64,000 bases of DNA from Ylistrum balloti. Its lineage: Eukaryota. How positions within the stretch are numbered: the stretch's first letter is position 1; each line of letters begins with the position of its first letter. Below the pieces are notes generated by a model that was given only the letters and a program-made list of their open reading frames with translations, had not been told where the DNA came from and made no database searches. The DNA lies in assembly GCF_031769215.1 (NCBI RefSeq), contig NW_026782274.1, positions 558,001 to 622,000 on the forward strand. Reading direction: 5' to 3'. Of this stretch, positions 38,301 to 51,100 are shown in pieces. The position numbers and the translations under genes were made by a program.

Positions 38301-40932
38301 CACGGAATAATGAATAAAATGACGCAAACGTGACTAAATATAAATCTACCACTAAATGGCACTTTTATTTAATTGATGACGTCATAATCTAGGCGAATGA
38401 ATATGACACTCAGTATTAGCATTTTCGTCCCATTCCCAAATGAACATCGTCAAAGTTACTAGAAGTAACACAAGATTCGGATCTAATATTCACTTATCGT
38501 CCTGTAAGGGAATATGACCTCTTAAAGATATTACACCACTGATAAGGATAATTAGCTAATAAGAATGTGACCACTGACCAATTTTTCGAACTATAAGAAA
38601 ATACAATTAATACGCTCCTGCTATGACACTAAAATGTTAGATAAAAATTCTGCCAGTCTGGATTGTCTAAACCGGAAGTGGCGGGTTTAGTAAAGTCTAA
38701 ATAATGGTCAGGCAGTGGTAACTTCTACATGAGTGACCACAGCAGGTTTGACCCCTCCACAGTTGTTAGATATCCCTAACCCTATAAGTAGGAATTCAGC
38801 AAAAACCGGTTCCCAGAAGCGATTGAATCGATCCAACTTGCCTTTCGCTGTGTATGCAAAATAAATGCATGGCACAAATAAAAAAAATTCACAGCTATGG
38901 AATGTAGACAAGAGCGCTTGAAAATATTCATATTATCAAATGTTTGACCTTTATACCACTTACTTCAATTCGAAAATATCAAGGTTATTTAGTAAGAAGA
39001 TAAATCATTATATCTGGTTTAATACTGGAACATTTATCAACTGTGAAATATTGTCAAGCGCCCGGGAATGAAAATGTGAAGTACGAAGACTTAACAGTTC
39101 AAATGAATCGTTTGATTCAGAAATATTGTCCAATAAATGTTATGTTCATTTTTATTTTTTTTTTTCATTCATTTATATTTTCAATGAAAATCTGAACAAC
39201 TAATTAAATCTTCGTAATTACGACTGTGTTGATACAATACACATTTCCTGAAGAATCCACAGAAGGCGACATTCACCGCATAACAAATTCATGGAAGATA
39301 AGCTTCCTTTTTAAAATGAAAATGAAATGTCTGAAGTGTGTCAAGATATTCAACCGTTCCATAAAGAAATAAAGGCTGATTTAAACGTGTATTGTGAAAA
39401 ACAGGCGGAAATTCTGTGCCCATCTCATCGTGCTGGAAAATCTTCAGAAGAGTTCCCACACCAAATAAGTGTCCAATCTCACCAAATGTTATAACGTCTT
39501 TATCAATTGAACACATGATTTTTTTTTTTATTTGCGATGCCGTTAGATTTTAGGCAGTTTTTCTAAACATATTTGTTTACACAGATTACACAGATTACAC
39601 AGATACTGTACATTGCAATAACAAGATAAAATGACAAGTTTTTTTATCGTAACTTATCAAGGACAATCAAACCTTTGGTGAGTTTGGAACACGAAATAAC
39701 GCTAATCAGAACTGTTCACAGGAAACCACTCAAACTTCACTTTCCGTGTCGGGAAGCATTTTTTGTCTGTCTGTTTGTTCGTTTTTTTTTTTTTGTTTTT
39801 TGTTTTTTTTTTGTCTGTTTGTTTTTTTGTTTTGTTATTTTTCGGTACCGCGATACCTGCACCGAGAGACGCGTGTTCTAGGAAGAGCTTTGTGTTTTCG
39901 GTTACATATATGTAACGTTTTCCGTGAAATTTTACATTTCTGTGAGAAAAAAACATTTACTATTACAAGAAAATAATGTTATGAATGATCCTCAATCACT
40001 GAGCAGTGTCTGATTGTGTACATGAAAATAACTTGATATGTCATGTCGATTTCAATATACTGGTATTTAGCACACCACATGTAATAATGACGTGTCTATC
40101 ACCACGAAAGTGACTACCTACCGTGTGTGAACTTGAGAATCGTGGTGTTTTTGACTTGAAGCTGGACGACACCGGATGTAGTGGCAGCTCTGGTGAATAT
40201 TCATAGTTACCAGGACCGGGACCTGTTCTCTGTCATCAAAAAAGTCAAATCAAACTTTAAAACTTTATACAAAAAATCTTCTGCAAAACATTTCCATTCC
40301 CTATCAACAACAATCGGATACACATCAATCTCTACGAGACAGCTGTGTGATACAGTTAAATAGCATATGTAATTGTTTTGTTTTACCGTGTCTTTTTGTA
40401 TAAAATATTGTTATCCACCTATTTTACAATCTGTAAAGTCATTTTTTTCATATGATACGAAATGAAGTTACGGAGCGTTCCGAAGATGATGCGGAACGAA
40501 ATATCCAGATGTAATTTCGATAGAGTCTACAACACTTAAGTAGAGTATCTATGGTATAATTTATGTATAGCACATTCAGTTTGACCGAACACTCACCGGT
40601 TTAAATGGCATCGTTGGAAATCGTTTCGCTTGTGATTTGAACATAGAATGTCTGGAAATAATAATAATAAACATTTAAACAGAAGTTATGAAACAAAAAG
40701 TACCGGAAACCCCCGAGGTACAGTGATCTCGATTTATCGAGATCAAAACGACGAAGAAACGCAGAAAATGAATGACTGAAATAGTGACATAAAAATCGAA
40801 GGATTTTCCACTCAAGAAATTAAACGTCTGAAATATAAAAATCAAATTATCACGATAAGAGATAGTAGTAAGCCATATGTATCCGTCGTGATAAAGTAAT
40901 GGTCAAGATCTGTTGTTGGTGTAAAAAAAAAT

Positions 40933-40974
<42 letters not shown>

Positions 40975-43563
40975 CAAAGCACTCGGGTTATGTTATCAGG
41001 AATGTTTATCAACACACTCGGGTTATGTTATAAGGAAGGTTTATCAACACACTCGGGTTAAGTTATAAGGAAGGTTTATCAACACACTCGGATTAAGTCA
41101 TAAGGAAGATTTATCAATACACTTGGGTTATCTATAAGGAAGGTTTATCAACACACTTGTGTTAAGTTATAAGGAAGGTTTATCAACACACTCGGGTTAT
41201 GTTATAAGGAAGATTTATCAACACACTCGGGTTATGTTATAAGGAAGGTTTATCAACACACTTGGGTTATCTATAAGGAAGATTTATCAACACACTCGGG
41301 TTATCTATAAGGAAAGTTTATCAACACACTTGGGTTATGTTATAAGGAAGGTTTATCAACACACTCGGGTTATGTTATAAGGAAGATTTATCAACACACT
41401 TGGGTTATGTTATAAGGAAGATTTATCAACACACTCGGGTTATGTTATAAGGAAGGTTTATCAACACACTTGGGTTATCTATAAGGAAGGTTTATCAACA
41501 CACTCGGGTTATGTTATAAGGAAGGTTTATCAACACACTTGGGTTATCTATAAGGAAGGTTTATCAACACACTTGGGTTATCTATAAGGAAGGTTTATCA
41601 ACACACTTGGGTTATCTATAAGGAAGGTTTATCAACACACTCGGGTTATGTTATAAGGAAGGTTTATCAACACACTTGGGTTATCTATAAGGAAGGTTTA
41701 TCAACACACTTGGGTTATCTATAAGGAAGGTTTATCAACACACTCGGGTTATGTTATAAGGAAGGTTTATCAACACACTCGGGTTATGTTATAAGGAAGG
41801 TTTATCAACACACTCGGGTTAAGTTATAAGGAAGATTTATCAACACACTCGGGTTATGTTATAAGGAAAATTTATCAACACAAGGATAATATATACTTAC
41901 TTTGAGGGCTGTTTATCTACTGCTACTGTTAAATATTTGTCCATCTCGTAGGCATTTGGACTAACGTTGATGTCCTGAAACAGATATACACAAACAATGT
42001 ATTACGTTACAATAGAATTAAACAGAATTTTTTTTCTGTAAAATAATTGAAATAATAGAGGTTGGATATTGTATTGTCCAGAATTATTTTGACCATCTAT
42101 CAGAGAGGTTTCGTCCATAATGCTGTTTCTTTAATTTAAGAAATACCATATACTTTGTCTTCTATCACAAATACTACTACGATTTGTTTCTATTCTATAC
42201 CTTGTCTTTCCGTCCGAAATTAAAATCGCGCTGTCCTCTGTCTATTGCTTTGAAATTGTAAGTCGCCGGCAGTTGTTCCAGTCTGAAACGAAAATAGATT
42301 GACGGTCTGGTTAACATGTCACAGTGATAAAATACACAGCACATAAAATGTCATTTAACGCGATAAACCTAATAAATTGAAGGAAAATAAATCTTTTAAA
42401 TATGTAAATGCTCTCGAAATAAAATATCAATATAAACATTTTCAAATATTTGTATCTAAATTTAAAACTCTACAAACGATTTGAAGTCTTTCTGTGTCAC
42501 ATTGATCACGTGTTCACCGAGTACCTTTATTCGTAATGCTTAATAGATTTCCGATATCCTCTATTAACCGTGGTAACCTAGCACTTCACCACAAATGTAG
42601 TCAATTCCTTTATAAAAACGGACAACAGCTATATTTTACACTTTATCAACTGACCTCTTTGTGAAAGGTTGTATCTCGTAGGCCCCGGGTAGAAGTAACG
42701 CTCCCTTCCCGTGGGGATGGGCGTCGATCTTCCGACCGTCCGACTTAAATCTGTAGGTGTGTGGCCGTTTTTCTAAGTCTACTAAAAAGTCTTCGGTCTC
42801 GTATGAACCAGGCAGTGGTGTTTCCTGTAACCATGACAACCAAACATGTTTTATTGCAGTCACAGGGACCGGGAAATAATGCATATATGAAGATATCTGG
42901 CACCTCAGACCAACTAAAAATGTTTGATCTTCCAGTGTCGCTTTAAACGCGACTTTAAAAGCTTAATTTAAATACGAAAGTCAATTACCTGTCAACTAAA
43001 GTGCTTGGTTTACCGTTTCTACATAGATCAGGTGTGTTAAGGTTTCAAAACAAAAATTGAATTAAATTAATCGCTTACGTACCCGGATGTAGGTGCGCCA
43101 CCATCCCTCTCGGCCAGAAATTGGTCCATCGTAGTCCTCGCTAAGTGCCTTCCGGTTCTTAACAAAGATATTTTATGTATAATGATTTGATAATAAATCA
43201 AGTGCACAGCTAAACGATCATTCCAAACGTAAATTAAACAATAAAATTTGATCGCCGGAGAACAAATTTATTGTTTTGCCGAGGGCAGAAATAGGCACGG
43301 CGCGTTTCACACCTCCGCACTCCATCCCTCCCTCCCCGTATCTCGTCCCGTTTTCCCTTGTTTATATGAAAATCGATATTTTATATAATTGTGGTGATAA
43401 CCATTATACACGGAAATCTAAGATAAAGACTGTTAATGATATATTGATAAATCATATTAATTAAACGCACCAGGCGATACTGGTGCCATTGGCAAACATT
43501 AGGGGTCATAAAATGACGATCAATAACCATTGATCGAATGCATTTTGAAAATATTTGTTATAT

Positions 43564-43602
<39 letters not shown>

Positions 43603-45359
43603 GAATTAGTAAATCCAAACATCATTTATACACTTCAGCCCTATCCTTAACTCCTGTCTACAGTTGTTTTAATTGGCGTTAAAATATTTTTTTTAAGAAA
43701 CTTCAGTAGATGTCTTATATAAACGTTTGAATAAAATATCTAGATTAAATATTGACGTTAAACAAAAACCAGGTAAGAAATGGGTTTACAAAGTAGGCTC
43801 AGAGAATTCTTGTATCGGAAAATTAAACTAAACAGCGACTAAAGTTTGAAATTGTAACATTTTTAAAACATCCCATTTCCTTTTGGACCATCGCACCTCT
43901 CCACCAGCACTCATCCAAGTATTTAATTGTCCTAAAAACACAAACGAAATTAACAGAAAACTATCTCATGTGTTAAAAACAGTGTCTCTCGAGTCCTTCA
44001 CCCGTGATCTTGAAAGTGGGTTTAGATAATTCTCATGAACCAAACTTGAGAGCCGTTAATCTGCAAGCAAGTTATAATTCAGTAGGAATTATTGGGAAAA
44101 AACTTATCCTTGTCTTAAATGAGACAGACAACGAATGGGCAATGGACGATGGACACTGCCAAGTGGCACTAAGGGACCAAGAGATGGATTACAAGAAGGG
44201 AATACTGACGAAAGTGGTGGGATAAAATATTGGGGCAACCAGGTGAAATGTGAAGTGTGTTTGGTTAAGATATCTAAATTATTCAATGTCTACAACAAGT
44301 ACATGTAGATACTATCTACTACACAGGGCAGACTTTAATCACTTAAGTCCTGTCAACATTACAGATTTCTGTTTGACTAATTAAAACCGTTAAGTTGACA
44401 GGCATGTGATTTTAATGAATAAATTATACTTAGTCATTGAGTGGAATTAGCACTCCGCTGTAACGTTAAATTATACCCAGTGGTCCGTACCGGGTATTGA
44501 AAAGCTTTCATAAAAGTTTATTTCTGACTGGCTTAACACAAACGTAACCATTTGTGTAAAATTATATCGAAGTTTACAGGTAAACAAAGAGTCATGCTTC
44601 CGTGAACTGCAATGTGTATTCACATAAATAAATATAAAGTTTTGTCTTACTTAAAAAGGACTTTTTAAAACTCCCATCTCATAATACAAGTTAGATCGAC
44701 TATTGTTTGACTGCAGTCAGAAAATACCTCGACTAAATCGACTCTGTTTACAGCCCTAGCGGGATATCTGAAAACTGAAACACTCGCACGATATGAATTT
44801 TTATTTTAAATGAGACGGCGATAGAAGACCTTGAAAATACATAACATTCTCTCATGTCTCGAATTTACTTGGGAAAGCTCAAAAAATTACACGACGATAG
44901 TACATGACGATTTAAAAGGCTGTATGTATTCGTGTATATATACACACGTGTAACTGTATAGAAATGTATTTAAACCCATTATCACAGACAAGGAACCCAA
45001 CTGTCAAACTTTAAAAGGCCACTGGTATTACTGTTACAATACGGTATACATATACATTAAGTGTACATGTATTTTTACACGGAATCTTGTCTCCCCTAAG
45101 AAAGTAGACACCAATAAATATTAAATGAAACAATGATTAATAGGAATCAATTCATTTCCGTATCATTATTTTACCATTCTGCACTCGCTAGAAAGATAGC
45201 CGTGGTACCTACCTTCCATGGGTGTTTGTATGCAGGCGATGTTCCCTTGTCTGGCGTGAGTTTCACGGAGACCCTTTTTTGTCCCGTCAGTGTTGAGCTG
45301 GTTCGGTCCCGGCTCTCTAGTACCGGGGTAAGGGCCGTGGACCCCTTATGGACGACCAT
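35377..45359 (-). CDS. STPG4: Sperm-tail PG-rich repeat protein, STPG4 (C2orf61)-like, 274 aa, 8 exons
   Basis: Exons (minus): 45359-45213, 43157-43083, 42824-42655, 42282-42201, 41974-41901, 40651-40597, 40229-40122, 35490-35377; phase-consistent, 825 nt. Motifs GREGWWR, ETPLPGSY, TYRFKSDGRK, ATYNFK, SMFKSQAKRFP, GPGPGNY, VPGPGTY and NMGRQHGLFF are collinear with STPG4 as I recall it. Confidence 0.85.
36657..36850. mobile_element. Decayed MITE (TACTGTA..TTTTCGTGGG-type ends)
   Basis: Right end CCCCACGAAAATAAATGCCTGTACAGCA, with a degenerate inverted match TTTTCATGGG / TTTCGTGG at the left. Confidence 0.4.
40933..40971. repeat. (GT)n microsatellite
   Basis: Direct reading of the sequence. 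Confidence 0.95.
40975..41882. repeat. 34/35-bp minisatellite, about 26 copies, in an STPG4 intron
   Basis: Interspersed variants ACTCGGGTTATGTTATAAGGAAGGTTTATCAACAC (35 bp) and ACTTGGGTTATCTATAAGGAAGGTTTATCAACAC (34 bp). Confidence 0.97.
43560..43598. repeat. (TA)n microsatellite
   Basis: Direct reading of the sequence. Confidence 0.95.
44090..44240 (+). mobile_element. Possible RTE-type LINE 3' relic
   Basis: Across frameshifts it reads roughly ETDNEWA...W..RD...RR....KWWDKI, resembling the RTE ORF C-terminus (RTDNRWT..W.PR..KR..GR...RW.D.I). Confidence 0.3.
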
Positions 45360-46679
45360 TTTAGTTCCCAATACCCTTGTGTATATATTGATATTCACGT
45401 CCTCATATCGAGTACACGTAATACTCAATATGCGTCCTTGGTGACGATCTGGTCACGTGATTCTTGAGGTATACGCCGAGTGTGATCAATAGGGATTTAA
45501 ATGGCGAGGTAGTTTCTTTAATTATCTGTCCATTACTTTTGTACACACAGGGACCCGATTAGCCTTGCCACACGTGTTTCCGTCTCCCACCACGGACACT
45601 CCGGTGTTGTCTGGACGGTTCGATCAATAGACAAACAAGCGGATTTATTGTCCCACTTTCACTACAAGGTGTAAAAATGGCACTAAGCTTACCTCCTCAT
45701 GCGGATTATTTATTTCATTATTTATATTCCTTTTTGCTGAAAATACACAAACCGATTATTTGATAATTTTGTTGGTGGCTTACAAGATCGACAAGAATGC
45801 TCATATGGATTGCGTTTTCGGTAAACCGTGTTCGTTACCGAGAATCATCTGATCACTCGACGCCAGTTTCACGTCTGATAGTAGCATTACGTCGTACGTT
45901 TGTAGATGCCTATGAAATTTACAACAGAGATTATTAATAAATATTGAATTGCTAATAGCGAGATTTCAAGTCTCCAGCAAGAAGGTAACGTTATAAATTC
46001 ACGAAAAATGGAGGTTACTGTGTCTACAGTACAAGAAACAGAAGTAAAAATCGGCGAAGCTAGTTGAAAATATAAATGAATTAAGATTTCGGGGTATAAC
46101 AACTGAATATGGCTACATTATATACGTAACGGCCGGATGAATTCTGCTTCAGCAACACACGTCAAACAAACCTTGGCCGAATCCATGAAATGTAACGCCT
46201 CCATAAATGAGAATCGAGGCACTGATAACCAAATGAAAGGTCTTGCTAATGGGCTGATGAAGAAAAGGTCGATCAGGAAATATGGTCATGACTATAACCA
46301 TCAACCTGGCTCAAACCAATTTTCCATTGCCGACTCGTGATCGGAAGAGATGCTGCGGGACACTTAAATTTAAATCATTTGGTCTGTAAGTGGTCTCTTA
46401 ATTACCAGACTTCCCAAAGAAAGTCGTAGTAATTTCTAAGGGTAAATATGAGGAAGAGAATAACTGCACCATGGAAGTCAGTACAACTTAGAAAGAGAAA
46501 GTTACTGTCAGCCATCAAACTAATGAAAATTCAAACCGCTTTCAACCAAACTTTCTTTTAACTTCCTCGGTTTACATTTTGACCACATCGTTTCTGTCCT
46601 CCACACAGGTAAAACTTTGTTTTCTATACAGGTAAGTTTGATCAAAAATATCTATGTCTTTCATACAGGAAAAACTTGA

Positions 46680-47118
46680 TAAAACATCTTGATTTCAACA
46701 CAGACTTGAAACACTTACTGCCCCTGTAATCTTTAACAGTAGTTGAAAGAAGTCACTTAAAGTTTTCAACACATTTGACCTATGTGACCTTGAATATGGG
46801 TCAAGGTTATTTTTTTGGCAAACTTTGTTGGGCTTCATCAAAAGCACTATCCAGCCAAATATAATGATTCTAGGCCTCCTTGTATTTTGGAATAAGTCGT
46901 TGAAAGGTTTTAACACATTTGACCTCTGTGACCTTGAATAGTGGTCAAGGTCTTTTCTTTTTGCAAACTTTGTTTGGCTTCATCAATGGATCCTTTCAGC
47001 CATACACAATGATTCTAGGCCTTTCGGTATTTCAGAAGAAGTTGTTTAAATGAAAAGTTGACGGATGCCGCACTATGGCATAAGCTCATTTGGCCCTTTG
47101 GGCCAGGTGAGCTAAAAA
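46680..47118. mobile_element. HINE/Helitron-type non-autonomous element with two 144-bp internal repeats
   Basis: ACATTTGACC..GTGACCTTGAA..GGTCAAGG block at about 46771 and 46915. Terminal hairpin GCTCATTTGGCCCTTTGGGCCAGGTGAGCTAAAAA. Confidence 0.7.
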
Positions 47119-47627
47119 ACAGCGACCCAGCACATAACTCAGAAGCATTTTAATCTGATGAATTCATGATATTATATATACAACATCAAATTGAGTTAAA
47201 TTGAGTTATTATGTGTATGATAGAATGGTGTGAGATTCCCTAAACTGGGTAAACATTTACACTTGTGTCACACTCGCACACATTCATCTTTCAAACAAAA
47301 TCATTAGCATATTCCAAACAGGATGGTATATATGTCAGGATTAGAGACTTTAATTAAACTGAAATTATTTTTGATAAAGTCACTGCAATTTGAACATGAA
47401 ACTGATCTGTTATTACACTTAATCATTATACTTTCTCATCATATAACATAGGCACAAATAAGTCTCCCCAGCATACAAAACTACAGGTGGTGCACACAAT
47501 GTGTGGTCTTGGTTTCACAAACTTCAGTTGGTACTCACTTCCAAAACAACAACTGGAAACAATGTCCTTAATTGTGTATCAAACATTCCCTACAAAGCCC
47601 CTCCCATGAATCCTACTATATGTTCCA

Positions 47628-48010
47628 CCCCAAACTTTCCCTACCTAGTCACTACCCAGAACCCTCCTATACAGACCCACCTCAAATTTGCCCTAAATAG
47701 TCCCTCCCCCAAATCCTCCTGCAAAGACCTACCCCAAATTTTCCCTTCATAGCCCCTCCCCCAAATCCTCCTCTAAAGACCTACCCCAAATTTTCCCTTA
47801 ATAGCCCCTCCCCCAAATCCTCCCCTAAAGACCTACCCCAAATTTTCCCTAAATAGCCCCTCCCCCAAATCCTTTCTGTAAAGACCTACCCCAAAATTTC
47901 CCTAAATCGCCCCTTCCCACAAATCCTTCTATACAGACCTATCCCAAACTTTCCCTACCTAGTCCTTACCCTACATCCTCCTATATAGACCAACCCAAAC
48001 TTTCCCTAAA
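47628..48010. repeat. 52-bp C-rich (minus strand G-rich) minisatellite, about 7-8 copies, just downstream of the PAF1 stop
   Basis: Unit approximately ATAGCCCCTCCCCCAAATCCTCCTCTAAAGACCTACCCCAAATTTTCCCTTA; period 52 (e.g. AAAGAC at 47723 and 47775). Confidence 0.9.
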
Positions 48011-48148
48011 TCTAAGCTTTCTCAAACACCCATCCCAAACCATCCTTAAAAAGTCCCCGCCCCAAAACCCTTCCCACTTATCAAAGTTACCAACCTGACT
48101 TAAACCTCCCTCACATAGATAAGTCTCTGGAATCTCCACTGTACATCA

Positions 48149-51100
48149 TTAATCTTCTTCAGAACTGCTAGATGAACCGAAGATTTCTTCCTCATCCTTC
48201 TTTCCTTGTACATTTTCAGCTTCACTTTCACTCTCACTGCCACTATGTTCACTGCCACTTCTGGATCTTGAGCCACTACGACTTCGACTTCGGCTGCGGC
48301 TCCTACTACGGCTAGAACTACGGCTTCGACTGCGGCTGGATGACCTACTCCTACTGCGACTGCTACCTCGTGACCTGTTACTGGCCTTGTCATCCTCTGC
48401 TCCGCTTGCATCCCCTGCCTCACTGCCACTGGGGAAATCTTCTAATCCTGAAAAAAACCATTGAAACACCATTGTCAAGGGTTTTTGTGAACAAACCATA
48501 AGAGAATACTAGGTAAATAAAGATAGGGAAATCACTGCCTGTTAAAATCTAAATCACTGTTGTCCTCAGAAAAAAGACAGGAACAATAGAGTTACAATTA
48601 TCACTTTAACAAGCTAACTGGATATATATCACCAGTTTTGTCTTGAAATTATCTAAACTTTGTCTTCATATTGCCTTTTATACATTTTTGTATTGATATT
48701 ATTATATATGTATATTTTTTGTGGAATTACTTTTCTAGGCAATGATTGTGAAATATAAAATTTCCAAGTACAATCTTTTCTGAATTCCAGGAAGAACACT
48801 TTCAAATTAAGCATTTTTACTCCTTTATAAAGGGTCCATTATGAGTCATTGAGGGGTTAAACTTACCTGAGTTCTGCATCTCTTCCTGTTGCTCTTCTTC
48901 CTCATCCTCCTGAGCCAACTCCAACATCATCATTCGTACATCCTACAAAATGAACATTATCTATAACATCCTGCCATAATAAATGGTGATTGACTGCTGT
49001 ATGTTCAAGGCCATGGATGTATAATGGACAAGTCCAATGCACTTTTTGCTCCTATGAAGTTTCATTTGAATACGGCAATTTGAATAAGACTGAGTATTGA
49101 TCAAAGCAATCATACAGAGACTGAAAAAATTTGTATGTTGCTAATACAACTTTATGGGACATGATGATAAGCATATAAATTTGAAACTGATACTGAGAGA
49201 CCCCTTTTCCCAAATAAACAATTAACCAGCCTAGATAAATTCTGAAGATAAAACGAACTCTTTGCTCATTGAAAGCTTTCACTGAAAGTCTGAATGTTCA
49301 AATTGAAGCAGATGTAAACCAGTTTTTGTACCTGAGCTCCAACTTCTCTCTCTGCCAGCTCCCTGTGTTTCACCACAAGCCTGGACTTGGCGACCTGGGT
49401 ACCAGCTGTCTTACGTCTCTTACTCAGTCTCACCCTGTACAAAAGTTACATATAAATATATACTGTTGTATGTAATGTAATGCTTTACCTTATAGTGGCA
49501 TGGAGTTTTAAGGCTGTATGCTACAAACTTACAAATTGATAAGATCTTAATTCTGGCCATTATGTTTCCAGTATGTTTGTATGCATGCCTGCTTATACTA
49601 CATATCTGTAGTAAACAGAGCTCACCTATTAATAAAATAAATGAATGATATTCTGGACCTAAGTGATTAAGGGATTTCTGGTTCGTTTCATCTATTATAA
49701 GTCTCTTATGAAGTAAACCTGCTGTGTTGCTGTAGCAACCTACACTCTAGGTTTCCATAGTCTGTGTACAAGGGAGTGAACCAGCAGACCAGATGAAGAG
49801 ATGGGAAGAATAACCTCTGATGAGAGGACACCAAAAAACAGGCATAACTTCAAATTTTAAAATTACCTGGTTTCCAGTTCATCATAGTATACACCATCCT
49901 CCCTGAATACGAAGAAGTAGGTTTCCTCATATCCCCGTGATAACTTGTTCTTGACATTCCAGTTGTACTGTCTGGCCAGCAGATAGTCATACCTGTAAAC
50001 AGCCATGAAAAAATCAGAATATCATACACATTTTAGAAGGTTGTCTATAATGTCCTGTAAATCCACACTATAGCAATCATTTCTAGGTCTACTCCTGAAC
50101 TAAATAGATCTGTAAAATACTCCTTTACTCCTACTGAAAAAAATAGGTAATAAAGATGACGACTGCCTGATGTGTAACAACCATAACTCTAGGATTTACC
50201 TACTGACTTATATTGATAATAAGAAGTCAACTTACTCTTCCTCAGGATTGTAATCAATACCCTCCTCTGCGTCTCGCTTGCGTTTTCCAAGGGTTTCCTC
50301 TGTCGGTAGGAAGTAAGCTACAAACTGTTCACCACTCTCATCTATGGCTCCTCTGTGAACAAACACACCATGGCATTTCAGTGAATCTAGCTCTTAAAAA
50401 TTGATACTGGAGCTGTTTCAATGAGAGTATAAAATCACAATGAATTTCTTTAGTAATTTAAAAATTTTGGATTTCACTTTTCAGACATCTGTGGCATATC
50501 ATTAATATAGGATTTTACAGTCTTTTCTGTAAATAAATAAGTAGAATTGTCTGATCCATTCTCCTCACTTCCATGTAATACAATTGTAATTACTTTAACC
50601 TGGTATATAACAGATGAAAACATCAGAACAACTATTACATTGTATTCAACATATCAATCAACAGAATGCTGAAGACAGTCAACCAGTGGTATCCTTAAAC
50701 TATGATCAACAATGCTGATAAAACCAAGAGCATCAGTGAAACTGATGAAGGCTCCCAAAACACTCTGACTTTGGTGCATAAAATATTGTCTTTGAATGGC
50801 CAACATGTACTGCAAGTTTTATCTTAATTATCCTGCTTAACTTATACGATAGACACAAATTATTAGCAAAGGGCAATAACTCTGCAATTAAGGGGTTGGG
50901 TCCAGATTTGGTACACTGCACATTGATTGCCACCTTGTGATTATGTTTCACCATCCTTGCTTACCTTGTTGGCAAAGTTATGGTCCATACACAAAAGGAC
51001 AGATTGACAGACTGACAAATTGGCCATATGCAATAGTTGCACCATACACTGTCACAATAACATGAAAAGCCAACATGGCATATCCAGAATTTCCAAATCG

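Noticed and set aside
39270-39500. Degenerate B-box-like translation (HNKF...FHKE...VYCEKQAEILCPS) on the plus strand
   Set aside because: Key Cys/His ligands are missing and there is an in-frame stop; the similarity is too weak to call a TRIM pseudogene.
39675-39976. ORFs rich in F/C/V or K/T/N
   Set aside because: Translation of a T-rich low-complexity tract.
45950-46340. Plus-strand 67-aa ORF at 46137 with a stop-interrupted upstream frame
   Set aside because: No motif, splice support or homology recognised; possibly decayed sequence.
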